Made by a program: the position numbers and the translations under genes. The notes beneath the pieces were generated by a model. It searched no databases. It worked only from the letters and a program-made list of their open reading frames with translations, and was not told where the DNA came from. From Brevundimonas sp. (GTDB lineage: Bacteria > Pseudomonadota > Alphaproteobacteria > Caulobacterales > Caulobacteraceae), in assembly GCA_046292645.1 (NCBI GenBank), contig JBKBQO010000009.1:19552-83551 (forward strand): a DNA stretch of 64,000 nt. Direction: 5' to 3'. Of the stretch, positions 44,357-54,048 are shown one piece after another (the stretch's first letter is position 1; each line of letters opens with the position of its first letter).

Positions 44357-44717
44357 ATCCCGTCGGTGGGGAGGGCGTCGGATCCAGCGCCCCGATGTCG
44401 GCGGGCTGTGGTCGAGCGAAGAAGCCCGGGCGAAGGGTAGTCCGGGGGTCCTTGCGAAGGTCGATGGATGGCCCTCGCCTGCTCGCCGCGCGCTTCCCGA
44501 GCGGACCGCCGGCGCCAGACGCCATGTCCGCCGCGCGTCGTCGTCCGCAAGGGCGAGGGCGGTGATCCGGCAAGGCCCGAAGCAAGGGCCGCCAGCCGGA
44601 GGGCGCGTGGAAAACGATCGCGCGGAGCGGCCTGCTTCGTCGAAACGGTAAAACATTCAAGCACCGGGCGAGGCCCCGGCCGCTCCGCCCCCTCCCCGAC
44701 CGCTTCAGCCGAAGCGG
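44357..44717 (+). ncRNA. candidate large structured non-coding RNA (unidentified class)
   Basis: Non-coding; complementary ends GGGGAGGG/CCCTCCCC; at least 8 nested stems; GNRA and A-rich loops; follows an AT-rich promoter-like region with CATAAT at 44345. Boundaries approximate. Confidence 0.6.
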
Positions 44718-44740
44718 CGATGAGTCATGCGCCAAAGCCT

Positions 44741-44886
44741 TCTCCCTCCCCCTCCGGGGGAGGGTGGTCGCGAAGCGACCGGGCGGGGGCGGTTCAGCGC
44801 CCCATCCACCGGCGCTCCCCGCGCCGAGCCCTCCCCACCCGGCTTCGCCTTCGGCTCAACCACCCTCCCCCGTCGGGGGAGGGAGA
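44741..44886. repeat. CIR/RIME-like palindromic intergenic element
   Basis: TCTCCCTCCCCCTCCGGGGGAGGGTGG...CCACCCTCCCCCGTCGGGGGAGGGAGA terminal arms, with internal GGTCGC-gaa-GCGACC hairpin. Confidence 0.8.
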
Positions 44887-44964
44887 GCCGACCCTGCATC
44901 ACATGATCGTTGTTAACCCGCCTCACCTTCGCTAACCCGAACCCGACCCCAATCCGGAACCGCC

Positions 44965-45837
44965 ATGTCCCGCACGACCGACCGCTTCGAAGGCACCGCC
45001 GACTATATCGCCACCGACGACCTCAGGATCGCGGTCAATGCGGCGGTCGCGCTGGAACGGCCCCTGCTGATCAAGGGCGAGCCCGGCACCGGCAAGACCG
45101 TCCTCGCCTGGGAGGTCGCCAAGGCGATGAAGGCGCCGCTGATCACCTGGCACGTCAAATCGACCACCAAGGCGCACAACGGCCTATATGAATACGACGC
45201 CGTCTCGCGCCTGCGCGACAGCCAGCTGGGCGAGGCCCGCGTGCACGACGTGCGCAACTATCTGCGGCCCGGCAAGCTGTGGGAGGCCTTCACGGCCCCC
45301 AACCGCCCCGTCCTGCTGATCGACGAGATCGACAAGGCCGACATCGAATTCCCCAACGACCTGCTGCAGGAACTCGACCGCATGGAGTTCTATGTCCAGG
45401 AGACGGACGAGACCATCCGCGCCGAGGTCCGGCCGATCGTCATCATCACCTCCAACAACGAGAAGGAGCTGCCCGACGCCTTCCTGCGCCGCTGCTTCTT
45501 CCACTACATCCGCTTCCCCGACGACCAGACCATGAAGGCGATCGTCGATGTCCACTTCCCCGGCATCAAGCCGCGACTGGTCTCCGAGGCGCTCAAGACC
45601 TTCTACGAGATCCGCGAGACGCCGGGCCTGAAGAAGAAGCCCTCGACCTCCGAACTGCTGGACTGGCTCAAACTGCTGCTGGTCGACGACGTCGATCCCG
45701 AGACCCTGCGCGAAAAGTCGCCCAACCGGCTCATTCCCCCGCTGCACGGGGCCCTGCTGAAGAACGAGCAGGACGTCCATCTGTTCGAACGCCTCGCCTT
45801 CCTCGGCCGGCGCGAGGGCGGGCGGCCGGGCGGTTGA
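44965..45837 (+). CDS. MoxR family AAA+ ATPase
   Basis: GEPGTGKT, YEYDAVSRLRDSQ, LIDEIDKADIEFPNDLL, TSNNEKELPDAFLRRC, KKPSTSEL. Confidence 0.95.
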   Translation: MSRTTDRFEGTADYIATDDLRIAVNAAVALERPLLIKGEPGTGKTVLAWEVAKAMKAPLITWHVKSTTKAHNGLYEYDAVSRLRDSQLGEARVHDVRNYLRPGKLWEAFTAPNRPVLLIDEIDKADIEFPNDLLQELDRMEFYVQETDETIRAEVRPIVIITSNNEKELPDAFLRRCFFHYIRFPDDQTMKAIVDVHFPGIKPRLVSEALKTFYEIRETPGLKKKPSTSELLDWLKLLLVDDVDPETLREKSPNRLIPPLHGALLKNEQDVHLFERLAFLGRREGGRPGG

Positions 45838-45937
45838 ACACACGAACGATCAGGTTTGGACACCCGCCTTACGGCGATTTCACTGGCAAATGAATCGCGT
45901 GCGCGCAGGATACGCCCGTACCAGGACCCTTTCGTCG

Positions 45938-46777
45938 ATGACCTTCCGCCCCTTCCTGCTCCCCGCCCTCTGCGCCGCCGCGGCGCTCGCGGCCTGCGGC
46001 GAGGGCGTGCGGATCTCTTCCAGCAGTACGGGGGACGCTGACGCCAAGGGCGTGCTCAAGGTGGTCGAGACGTTGCAGTGCCCCCAAACCATGGGCTCCC
46101 TGACCCGCAAGGGCTCGGCCTCGGCCGGCGGCACCATCTGCACCTATGTCGGTCCGCGCGGCGCCGAGGTCAGCCTGCATCTCGTCCCTCTTGACGGCGA
46201 GACCCCGGCCGAGGTGCTTCTGGCCTTTGAACGCCGCCTGTCAGGCGGCCTGCCCCGGGCCGTCGCGGCCCTCGCCGCCGGCGACGTCCCCGAAGCCGAC
46301 GCCGCCCCGGCCCCCGACGCCGGCCCGGCGGCGACGGGCGATCGCGCCTCGGTCCGCGCGCCGGGCGTGGCCATCGACGCCGAGGGCGAAGACGCCACCG
46401 TGCGCCTGCCGGGCATCAATATCGAGACGCGCGGCGACAAGGCCAGCGTCCGCATCGGCGGTTTCCACATCGACGCCGACGACAGCGAAGGCTCCGCCCA
46501 GGTCTCCGGATCAGGCGAGGGCGGCGACGACGTCAGCATCAACGCCCGCGACGACGCCGCCGAAATCCGCGCCCGCGCCGCCGGCGAGGCCACCCGCGCC
46601 AGCTGGATCCTGACCGACAACCGGCCCTCTGACGCCGGCTGGAGACTGGTCGGCTACGAGGCCCGCGGCCCGGTCGGCGGGCCCCTGGTCATCGCCACGG
46701 TGCGCTCCCGCGACCGCAACCGCGAGCGCGCGCTGGAGGACGCCAAGGACCTCGTCGCCCTCAACGCCGGGGATTAA
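45938..46777 (+). CDS. hypothetical lipoprotein
   Basis: Lipobox LAAC; L.CP...G.LTR...C.Y.GP.G motif. Confidence 0.8.
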   Translation: MTFRPFLLPALCAAAALAACGEGVRISSSSTGDADAKGVLKVVETLQCPQTMGSLTRKGSASAGGTICTYVGPRGAEVSLHLVPLDGETPAEVLLAFERRLSGGLPRAVAALAAGDVPEADAAPAPDAGPAATGDRASVRAPGVAIDAEGEDATVRLPGINIETRGDKASVRIGGFHIDADDSEGSAQVSGSGEGGDDVSINARDDAAEIRARAAGEATRASWILTDNRPSDAGWRLVGYEARGPVGGPLVIATVRSRDRNRERALEDAKDLVALNAGD

Positions 46778-46846
46778 CCGCGCGGCCGGGCCTTGATCGC
46801 GGCGTCCCGATGCGTCACCAACCCTGCCCACAAGCAGGAAACCGCC

Positions 46847-47491
46847 TTGGCCGCCACGCCCCGATCCTCCGCGAAACAGCCCCGCGCCTGGCAGCGCATG
46901 CTGTCCGGCCGCCGCCTCGACCTGCTCGACCCTTCGCCCTTCGACATCGAGATCGAGGACATCGCCCACGGCCTCGCCCGCGTCGCCCGCTGGAACGGTC
47001 AGACCGTCGGCGAACACGCCTTCTCGGTCGCCCAGCACTCCTGCGTCGTCGAGGAGATCGCCGCCCACATCCAGCCGGGCCTCGAGCCGAAATGGCGTCT
47101 CGCCGCCCTGCTGCACGACGCCTCCGAATACGTCATCGGCGACATGATCTCGCCCTTCAAGGCCGCGCTCGGCGTCAACTACAAGGCCTTCGAGGCCCGG
47201 CTGGAAGGCGCCATCCACCTGCGCTTCGGCCTGCCGCCGAAGAACCCGGGCGAGATCAAGACCCTGATCAAGAAGGCCGACGTCGCCTGCGCCTTCTTCG
47301 AAGCCACCCAGTTGGCCGGCTTCAGCAAGAAGGAAGGCCTGGCCCTCTTCGGCCGCCCGCCCGCGGGCTACGACCTCGTCATCGACCCCCTGCCCGCCCC
47401 CGTGGCCCAGCAGCGTTACCTCGAACGCTACCGGGTCCTGGCCGAAGCCGTCGGCCTGACGCCCGCCGCCGACGCCTGGCACACGGAGTAG
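46847..47491 (+). CDS. HD family hydrolase (YfbR-like 5'-deoxynucleotidase)
   Basis: DIAHGLAR..RWNGQT, SVAQHS, LLHDASEYVIGDMISPFK; TTG start after AGGA. Confidence 0.9.
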   Translation: MAATPRSSAKQPRAWQRMLSGRRLDLLDPSPFDIEIEDIAHGLARVARWNGQTVGEHAFSVAQHSCVVEEIAAHIQPGLEPKWRLAALLHDASEYVIGDMISPFKAALGVNYKAFEARLEGAIHLRFGLPPKNPGEIKTLIKKADVACAFFEATQLAGFSKKEGLALFGRPPAGYDLVIDPLPAPVAQQRYLERYRVLAEAVGLTPAADAWHTE

Positions 47492-47494
47492 GCG

Positions 47495-48436
47495 ATGGCG
47501 CCTGCGGCTGAACAGGGCGTCCGGATCGGCCTTTCAGCGGTGGTCATCGCCCTGCGCGACCGCAAGGCCTGCGTCCTGACCACCACCGGCGAGGACGGCG
47601 AGGCCGCCCTGCCCTTCGGCCCCTTCGACCCGGCCCGCGACCGCACCTTCGAGCGCGCCCTGCGCGACTTCGTCACCGCCCAGACCGGCTTCCGCCTCGG
47701 TTTCGTCGAACAGCTCTACACCTTCGGCGACCTGGGCCGGGCCAGTCCCCGCGCCACCCCCGGCCCGGAACGTCAGCGCGAGGTCTCGGTCGGCTACCTG
47801 GCCCTGACCGCCGACGCCGCCGAGGCGCCCCAGGCCGAGGCCCGCTGGACGCCGGTGCTCGAAATCTTCCCGTGGGAGGACCGCCGCGAGGGCGCCCCCG
47901 CCTGCCTCGCCCCCCTCGTCGACGGGCTGAACGCCTGGGCCGCCGGCGACCCCCGTCGTCTCGCCCGCGTCGAGACCCTGTTCGCCGCCGCCCCCGCCCA
48001 GCGCTGGAACGAGGGCCAGGTCCTCGACCGCTACGAACTCCTCTACGAGGCCGGCCTGGTCGCCGAGGCCGCCCGCGACCAGGAGCGCCCGGTCCCCGCC
48101 GACGCCCCGGGCCGTCCCATGGCCTCCGACCACCGCCGCATCCTCGCCACCGGCCTCGGCCGGCTGCGCAGCAAGCTCAAATACCGCCCCGTGCTCTTCG
48201 ACCTGATGCCGCCGACCTTCACCCTGTCCGAACTCCAGACCGCCGCCGAGGCCGTTGCGGGCCTGTCCCTGCACAAGCAGAATTTCCGCCGCGGCGTCGA
48301 GCGCACCGGCCTGGTCCAGCCCACCGGCCGCCTGTCCGCGGCCACCGGCGGCCGGCCGGCCGAGCTGTTCCGCGTCATCGGCGGCGATCTCTCCACCGGC
48401 GAGGCCCTTGGCCTGCCCCTGCCCGCGCAGCGCTGA
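47495..48436 (+). CDS. Nudix-like/wHTH NAD-related regulator (NrtR/NadQ-like)
   Basis: LPFGPFDP, VEQLYTFGD, DHRRILAT...RLRSKLKYRP, FTLSELQ, HKQNFRR, TGGRPAELF. Confidence 0.88.
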   Translation: MAPAAEQGVRIGLSAVVIALRDRKACVLTTTGEDGEAALPFGPFDPARDRTFERALRDFVTAQTGFRLGFVEQLYTFGDLGRASPRATPGPERQREVSVGYLALTADAAEAPQAEARWTPVLEIFPWEDRREGAPACLAPLVDGLNAWAAGDPRRLARVETLFAAAPAQRWNEGQVLDRYELLYEAGLVAEAARDQERPVPADAPGRPMASDHRRILATGLGRLRSKLKYRPVLFDLMPPTFTLSELQTAAEAVAGLSLHKQNFRRGVERTGLVQPTGRLSAATGGRPAELFRVIGGDLSTGEALGLPLPAQR

Positions 48437-48522
48437 CGTGAATTCTCCCATCCTCCGCTTGCGGCGCGGGCCGTCCCCCATTAGAGAGGCCGCTCGCTCG
48501 ACCAAGCGTCTATCGGCCCCGC

Positions 48523-48612
<90 letters not shown>

Positions 48613-48673
48613 CCGGCCAAACATCTGAACTTTGCACACTCCCCGCCGGGGGCCGTCCCGCCGGAGCGACGCC

Positions 48674-51600
48674 ATGACCCGGCCCGCGACCGACGGCTGG
48701 CGGTTCTGGATCGACCGGGGCGGCACCTTCACCGACATCGTCGCCCGCGCGCCGGACGGCCGGCTGGAGACCCGCAAACTGCTGTCCGACAATCCGGACC
48801 AGTACGCCGACGCCGCCGTCGAGGGGGTGCGTCGGATCCTCGGCGCCGACCCCGGGCCTCTGCCCGAGGGCCGCGTGGCCGCCATCCGCATGGGCACCAC
48901 CGTGGCCACCAACGCCCTGCTGGAGCGCAAGGGCGAGCCGGTGGTCCTGGCCATCACCCGCGGCTTCGGCGACGCCCTCAGGATCGGCTGGCAGAGCCGG
49001 CCCGAGCTGTTCGCCCGCCACATCGTCCTGAACGACCAGCTCTACGACCGGGTGATCGAGATCGACGAGCGTGTCCGCGCCGACGGCGGGATGGATCGAC
49101 CGCTCGACGAAGCCCGGGCCCGGGCCGATCTGGGCGCCGCGCGGGCGGCGGGCTTCCGCGCCGTGGCGATCGTGCTGGTCCACGGCTGGCGCTTCACCGA
49201 CCACGAACGCCGTCTGTCCGACATCGCCCGCGAGATCGGCCTCGAGCAGATTTCTGTCAGCCACGAGGTCGGCGCCCTGATCCGGATCATCGGGCGCGGC
49301 GACACCACGGTGGCGGACGCTTATCTGTCGCCGATCCTGCGCGCCTATGTCGACCGGGTCGGCGCCGACCTGGGCCCGGGGACGCCCCTGCTGTTCATGC
49401 AGTCCAGCGGCGGACTGACATCGGCCGGCGCCTTCCGCGGCAAGGACGCCATCCTGTCCGGGCCGGCGGGCGGGGTCGTCGGCATGGCCGAGACCGCCCG
49501 GGCCGCCGGCTTCGACCGGGTCATTGGTTTCGACATGGGCGGGACCTCGACCGACGTCTCCCATTTCGCCGGCGACTATGAGCGGACGTCCGACGCCGTT
49601 GTCGCCGGGGTGCGGCTGCGGGCCCCGATGCTGGCCATCCACACCGTGGCGGCGGGCGGCGGCTCGATCTGCCGGTTCGACGGGGCCCGGCTGAGGGTCG
49701 GGCCGGAGTCGGCGGGGGCCGTGCCGGGCCCCGCGGCCTACCGCCGTGGCGGCCCGCTCACGGTCACCGACTGCAACGTCCTGCTGGGCAAGCTGCGCCC
49801 CGACGACTTCCCCGCCGTCTTCGGGCGGCGCGGCGACCAGCCGCTGGACGCCGACGCCGTGCGACAGGGCTTCGAGGCCCTGGCCGCCGAGGTGACCCGC
49901 GCGACCGGCCGGACCGCGACGCCGGAGGACCTGGCCGAGGGCTTCGTCACCATCGCGGTGCAGAACATGGCCGAGGCGATCAAAGCGGTCTCGATCCAGC
50001 GTGGCTATGACGTCACCCGCTATGTGCTGAACTGTTTCGGCGGCGCCGGCGGCCAGCACGCCTGCCTGGTGGCGGACGCCCTCGGGATGACGCGGGTCAT
50101 GCTTCACCCGTTCGCGGGCGTCCTCTCGGCCTGGGGCATGGGCCTGGCCGAGGTGCGGGCCATCCGTCAGGCGACGACGGCGGCCTCGCTCGAAGCCGGC
50201 GCCGATCCGGCCCTGGCGGTCCGCATCGCGGCGCTCGAGCGACAGGCGCGCGAGGACCTGACCGCCCAGGGCTTCGCCGACGAAGGCCTCGCGACCCTGC
50301 GCCGGGCCGAGATCAAATTCGCGGGCTCGGACACCCCGCTGGTCGTCCCCTTCGGACCGATCGCCGACATGCGCGCCGCTTTCGAAACGCTCCACCGTCA
50401 GCGCTTCGGCTTCTTCGCCTCGGACAAGCCGCTGATCGTCGAGACGCTGGAGGTCGAGGCCGTCGCCCCCTCGGGCCAGGCCCCTTCGACCCCGTCCGGC
50501 GGCGGCGCCGACGCAGCGCCCGCCATCCTCGTCCGGGCGCCCGTGCGGATGGCCGGCGAGGATCACGATGCGCCCGTCTATCGCCGCGCCGACTTCGGGC
50601 CCGACGCCGCGGTGGAGGGGCCGGCGATCATCCTTGAGGACACCGGCACCACCGTCGTCGAGCCGGGCTGGCGCGCGACGGCGGACGCCGCCCTGAACCT
50701 GATCCTGGAGCGCACCCGCCCCCTGCCCCCGCGCCGCGCCGTCGGCACGGACGCCGACCCGATCCTGCTCGAGGTCTTCAACAGCCGCTTCATGGCCTGC
50801 GCCGTGCAGATGGGCGAGGCCCTTCGCGCCACGGCCTGGTCGGTCAACATCAAGGAGCGGCTGGACTTCTCCTGCGCCGTCTTTGACCCGGCGGGCGCCC
50901 TGATCGCCAATGCACCGCACATTCCGGTCCACCTCGGTTCGATGGGCGAGAGCATCCGCACCGTCATCCGCTCCCGCGGCGACGGCGCCGACGGACGGGG
51001 GATGCAGCGGGGCGACGTCTATATGCTGAACGCCCCCTACAACGGCGGCACCCACCTGCCCGACATCACCGTCATCATGCCGGTCTTCCTCGACGAGGAC
51101 CCGGCCCCCGCCTTCTTCGTCGCCGCGCGCGGCCACCACGCCGATGTCGGCGGCGTCACCCCGGGGTCCATGCCCCCGTCCTCGACGACGGTCGAACAGG
51201 AGGGGGTGCTGATCGACGACTTCCTGCTGATCGACGCGGGGCGACTGCGCGAGGATGAGACCCGCGACCTGTTCGCCTCCGGCCCGTATCCGTCCCGCAA
51301 CATCGACCAGAACCTCGCCGACCTGAAGGCCCAGATCGCCTCCTGCGCACGCGGCGGCGACGAACTGGTCCGCATGATCGCCGAGTTCGGCCGCCCGGTG
51401 GTGGCGGCCTATATGGCCCACATCCAGGACAATGCCGAAGAGGCCGTCCGGCGCGCCATCGCGGCGCTGAAGCCCGGCGTCTTCGCCCTGGAGATGGACG
51501 ACGGCGCCGTGATCCGAGTCCGCATCGACGTCGACCCCGACGCCCGCAGCGCCGTCGTCGACTTCACCGGGACCAGCGATCAGCGGCCGAACAATTTCAA

Positions 51601-52333
51601 CGCGCCCCTTGCGATCACGCGCGCGGCGACCCTCTACGTCTTCCGCACCCTGGTCGACGACGCCATCCCGCTGAACGAGGGCTGTCTTAAGCCGATCAAG
51701 CTGATCGTGCCCGAGGGCTCGATGCTGAACCCGCGCTACCCCGCGGCGGTGGTCGCCGGCAATGTCGAGACCAGCCAGGCCGTGGTCGACTGCCTTTACG
51801 GCGCCCTGGGCGTGCTGGCGGCCAGCCAGGGCACGATGAACAACTTCACCTTCGGCGACGACGCGCGCCAGTATTACGAGACCATCGCCGGCGGCTCCGG
51901 CGCGGGCCCCGGCTTCGACGGCGCCTCAGCGGTCCAGACGCATATGACCAACAGCCGGCTGACCGATCCGGAAGTGCTGGAGACGCGGTTCCCGGTGCTG
52001 CTGGAGGAGTTCTCGATCCGACGCGGCTCGGGCGGCGCCGGCGCGAACCGGGGCGGCGGCGGCGCGGTGCGGCGTGTCCGCTTCCTCGAGCCCCTGACCG
52101 CCGCCATCCTGTCCAACCACCGCCGCACACCGCCCTTCGGCGCGGCGGGCGGCGCGGACGGGGCGGTCGGGATCAACCGCGTCGAACGCGCAGACGGGGC
52201 CGTCGAGATCCTCGGCTCCACGGCCGAGGTCGCCATGGCGCCGGGCGACGTCTTCGTCATCGAGACGCCGGGCGGCGGCGGCTATGGCCTGGCCGCCAGC
52301 GGCGACTTCCCACCGCCCCCCGGAACGGACTAG
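48674..52333 (+). CDS. fused hydantoinase A/B, ATP-dependent 5-oxoprolinase family
   Basis: [85 protein letters not shown]. Confidence 0.95.
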   Translation: MTRPATDGWRFWIDRGGTFTDIVARAPDGRLETRKLLSDNPDQYADAAVEGVRRILGADPGPLPEGRVAAIRMGTTVATNALLERKGEPVVLAITRGFGDALRIGWQSRPELFARHIVLNDQLYDRVIEIDERVRADGGMDRPLDEARARADLGAARAAGFRAVAIVLVHGWRFTDHERRLSDIAREIGLEQISVSHEVGALIRIIGRGDTTVADAYLSPILRAYVDRVGADLGPGTPLLFMQSSGGLTSAGAFRGKDAILSGPAGGVVGMAETARAAGFDRVIGFDMGGTSTDVSHFAGDYERTSDAVVAGVRLRAPMLAIHTVAAGGGSICRFDGARLRVGPESAGAVPGPAAYRRGGPLTVTDCNVLLGKLRPDDFPAVFGRRGDQPLDADAVRQGFEALAAEVTRATGRTATPEDLAEGFVTIAVQNMAEAIKAVSIQRGYDVTRYVLNCFGGAGGQHACLVADALGMTRVMLHPFAGVLSAWGMGLAEVRAIRQATTAASLEAGADPALAVRIAALERQAREDLTAQGFADEGLATLRRAEIKFAGSDTPLVVPFGPIADMRAAFETLHRQRFGFFASDKPLIVETLEVEAVAPSGQAPSTPSGGGADAAPAILVRAPVRMAGEDHDAPVYRRADFGPDAAVEGPAIILEDTGTTVVEPGWRATADAALNLILERTRPLPPRRAVGTDADPILLEVFNSRFMACAVQMGEALRATAWSVNIKERLDFSCAVFDPAGALIANAPHIPVHLGSMGESIRTVIRSRGDGADGRGMQRGDVYMLNAPYNGGTHLPDITVIMPVFLDEDPAPAFFVAARGHHADVGGVTPGSMPPSSTTVEQEGVLIDDFLLIDAGRLREDETRDLFASGPYPSRNIDQNLADLKAQIASCARGGDELVRMIAEFGRPVVAAYMAHIQDNAEEAVRRAIAALKPGVFALEMDDGAVIRVRIDVDPDARSAVVDFTGTSDQRPNNFNAPLAITRAATLYVFRTLVDDAIPLNEGCLKPIKLIVPEGSMLNPRYPAAVVAGNVETSQAVVDCLYGALGVLAASQGTMNNFTFGDDARQYYETIAGGSGAGPGFDGASAVQTHMTNSRLTDPEVLETRFPVLLEEFSIRRGSGGAGANRGGGGAVRRVRFLEPLTAAILSNHRRTPPFGAAGGADGAVGINRVERADGAVEILGSTAEVAMAPGDVFVIETPGGGGYGLAASGDFPPPPGTD

Positions 52334-52365
52334 CCTCGCACACCAAAGGGACGGGGGATGGGCGT

Positions 52366-53079
52366 ATGTGGGTTCTACTGGGCATAGCGGTGCTGGTCGC
52401 CGGCTTCGTGGCGCGGCTGAACCCGCTGGCCGTGATCCTGGTCGCCGCGATCGTCACCGGCGTCGCCGCCGTCATCGCCCCGGGCGTCGGGGTCGCCGAC
52501 CTCGGCCGGGCGGCGCTGGACACGATCGCGGCCTTCGGCAAGGCCTTCAACGACTACCGCTACATCAGCGTGATCTGGCTGGTGCTGCCGCTCATCGGCC
52601 TGCTGGAACGGTACGGCCTGCAGGAGCGGGCGCGAATCCTGATCTCCAAGGCGCGCGGGGCCACGACCGGCCGGATCCTGCTGGCCTATTTCGTCCTGCG
52701 CCAGATCAGCGCCGCCCTCGGCCAGACCAAGCTGGGCGGCCATCCGCAGATGGTCCGGCCGCTGGTCGCGCCCATGGCCGAGGCCGCGGCCGAGACCCGC
52801 TTCGGCCCCCTGCCCGACGCCGTCCGCTACCGCATCCGCGCCCACGCCGCCGCCGTCGACAATATCGCCCTCTTCTTCGGCGAGGACATCTTCATCGCCA
52901 TCGCCTCCATCCTGCTGATCAAGGGCTTCCTCGAGGCCAACGGCATCATGGTCGAGCCTCTGCAGCTGTCGGTCTGGGCCATCCCCACCGCCATCGCCGC
53001 CCTGCTGGTCCACGGAACGCGGCTGGTCATGCTGGACCGGTCCATCGCCCGCCAGACCGCCGCGGCGGAGGCCGGCTGA
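52366..53079 (+). CDS. DUF969 family membrane protein (proposed 5-oxoproline transporter subunit)
   Basis: LPLIGLLERYGLQERA, LGGHPQMVRPLVAPMAE, NIALFFGEDIFIA. Confidence 0.9.
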   Translation: MWVLLGIAVLVAGFVARLNPLAVILVAAIVTGVAAVIAPGVGVADLGRAALDTIAAFGKAFNDYRYISVIWLVLPLIGLLERYGLQERARILISKARGATTGRILLAYFVLRQISAALGQTKLGGHPQMVRPLVAPMAEAAAETRFGPLPDAVRYRIRAHAAAVDNIALFFGEDIFIAIASILLIKGFLEANGIMVEPLQLSVWAIPTAIAALLVHGTRLVMLDRSIARQTAAAEAG

Positions 53080-54047
53080 TGATCACCCTGCAGTGGCTCT
53101 ACATCTTCGCCGGGCTGACCTTCGCCGCCTTCTCGGCGCTCAGCCTGACCGATCCCGCCAATCCGAAGCGGCTCGGCAACACGGTCTTCTGGGGCCTGCT
53201 GGCGGTCAGCTTCCTGTTCGGCTCATATCTGTCGGACCTCGCCAACGGCTTCCTGGTCGTGGCGCTGGCGATCATCGCCGGGTTCAAATTCCTGGGACAG
53301 GGCAAACCCGTCACCACCGGACCCGAAGAGCGGCAGGCCAGCGCCGAGCGGCGCGGCGACTGGCTGTTCGTTCCGGCACTGCTGATCCCCATCGTCGCCC
53401 TGCTCGGCGCCCTGGTGCTGGACAAGACGGTGATCTTCGGCGTCCCCCTGTTCGGGCCCGAACAGCCGACCCTGATCGCGCTCGGTCTCGGGGTGGCCGC
53501 CGGCCTGACCCTGGCCATGGTCTGGCTCAGGCCGCCCCTGCTGGCCCCGCTGCAGGAGGGCCGACGGCTGATGGACGCCGTCGGCTGGGCCGGGGTCCTG
53601 CCCCAGATGCTGGCTTCGCTGGGCGCGGTCTTCGTCATCACCGGCGTCGGCGACCGCATCGGCGAGCTGTTCACCGCCTATCTGCCGCTGGACCACCGGC
53701 TGCTGGCGGTCATCGCCTATTGCGGCGGCATGGCGGTGTTCACCTTCATCATGGGCAACGCCTTCGCCGCCTTCCCGGTCATGACCGCGGCCGTCGGCCT
53801 GCCGATCGTCGTGGTGCAGTTCGGCGGCAATCCGGCCATCGTCTGCGCCATCGGCATGCTGGCCGGCTTCTGCGGCACCTTGACAACGCCCATGGCGGCC
53901 AATTTCAACGTCGTGCCGGCGGCCCTGCTGGACCTGCCCGACCGCGAGGCGCCGTTCAACGGCGTCATCCGGGTGCAGATACCGACCGCGATGGCGATCC
54001 TGATCATCAACATCGCCCTGATGTATTTCCTGGCCTTCCGGTTCTGA
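53079..54047 (+). CDS. DUF979 family membrane protein (proposed 5-oxoproline transporter subunit)
   Basis: FWGL, GWAGVLPQMLASLGAVF, IMGNAFAAFPVMT, GFCGTLTTPMAANFNVVP; TGATG coupling. Confidence 0.9.
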   Translation: MITLQWLYIFAGLTFAAFSALSLTDPANPKRLGNTVFWGLLAVSFLFGSYLSDLANGFLVVALAIIAGFKFLGQGKPVTTGPEERQASAERRGDWLFVPALLIPIVALLGALVLDKTVIFGVPLFGPEQPTLIALGLGVAAGLTLAMVWLRPPLLAPLQEGRRLMDAVGWAGVLPQMLASLGAVFVITGVGDRIGELFTAYLPLDHRLLAVIAYCGGMAVFTFIMGNAFAAFPVMTAAVGLPIVVVQFGGNPAIVCAIGMLAGFCGTLTTPMAANFNVVPAALLDLPDREAPFNGVIRVQIPTAMAILIINIALMYFLAFRF

Positions 54048-54048
54048 C

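Noticed and set aside
44357-44717. RNase P, tmRNA, SRP, 6S or intron identity for the structured segment
   Set aside because: No GAGGAAAGUCC (RNase P), no tRNA-like ends or tag frame, too long for SRP or 6S, and no recognisable group II domain V or interrupted host gene. Judged by eye only.
44140-44935. ORFs 44140-44664, 44307-44735, 44321-44656 and 44468-44935
   Set aside because: Arg/Pro/Ala-rich, no codon bias or RBS; they run through palindromic structure better explained as RNA and repeat
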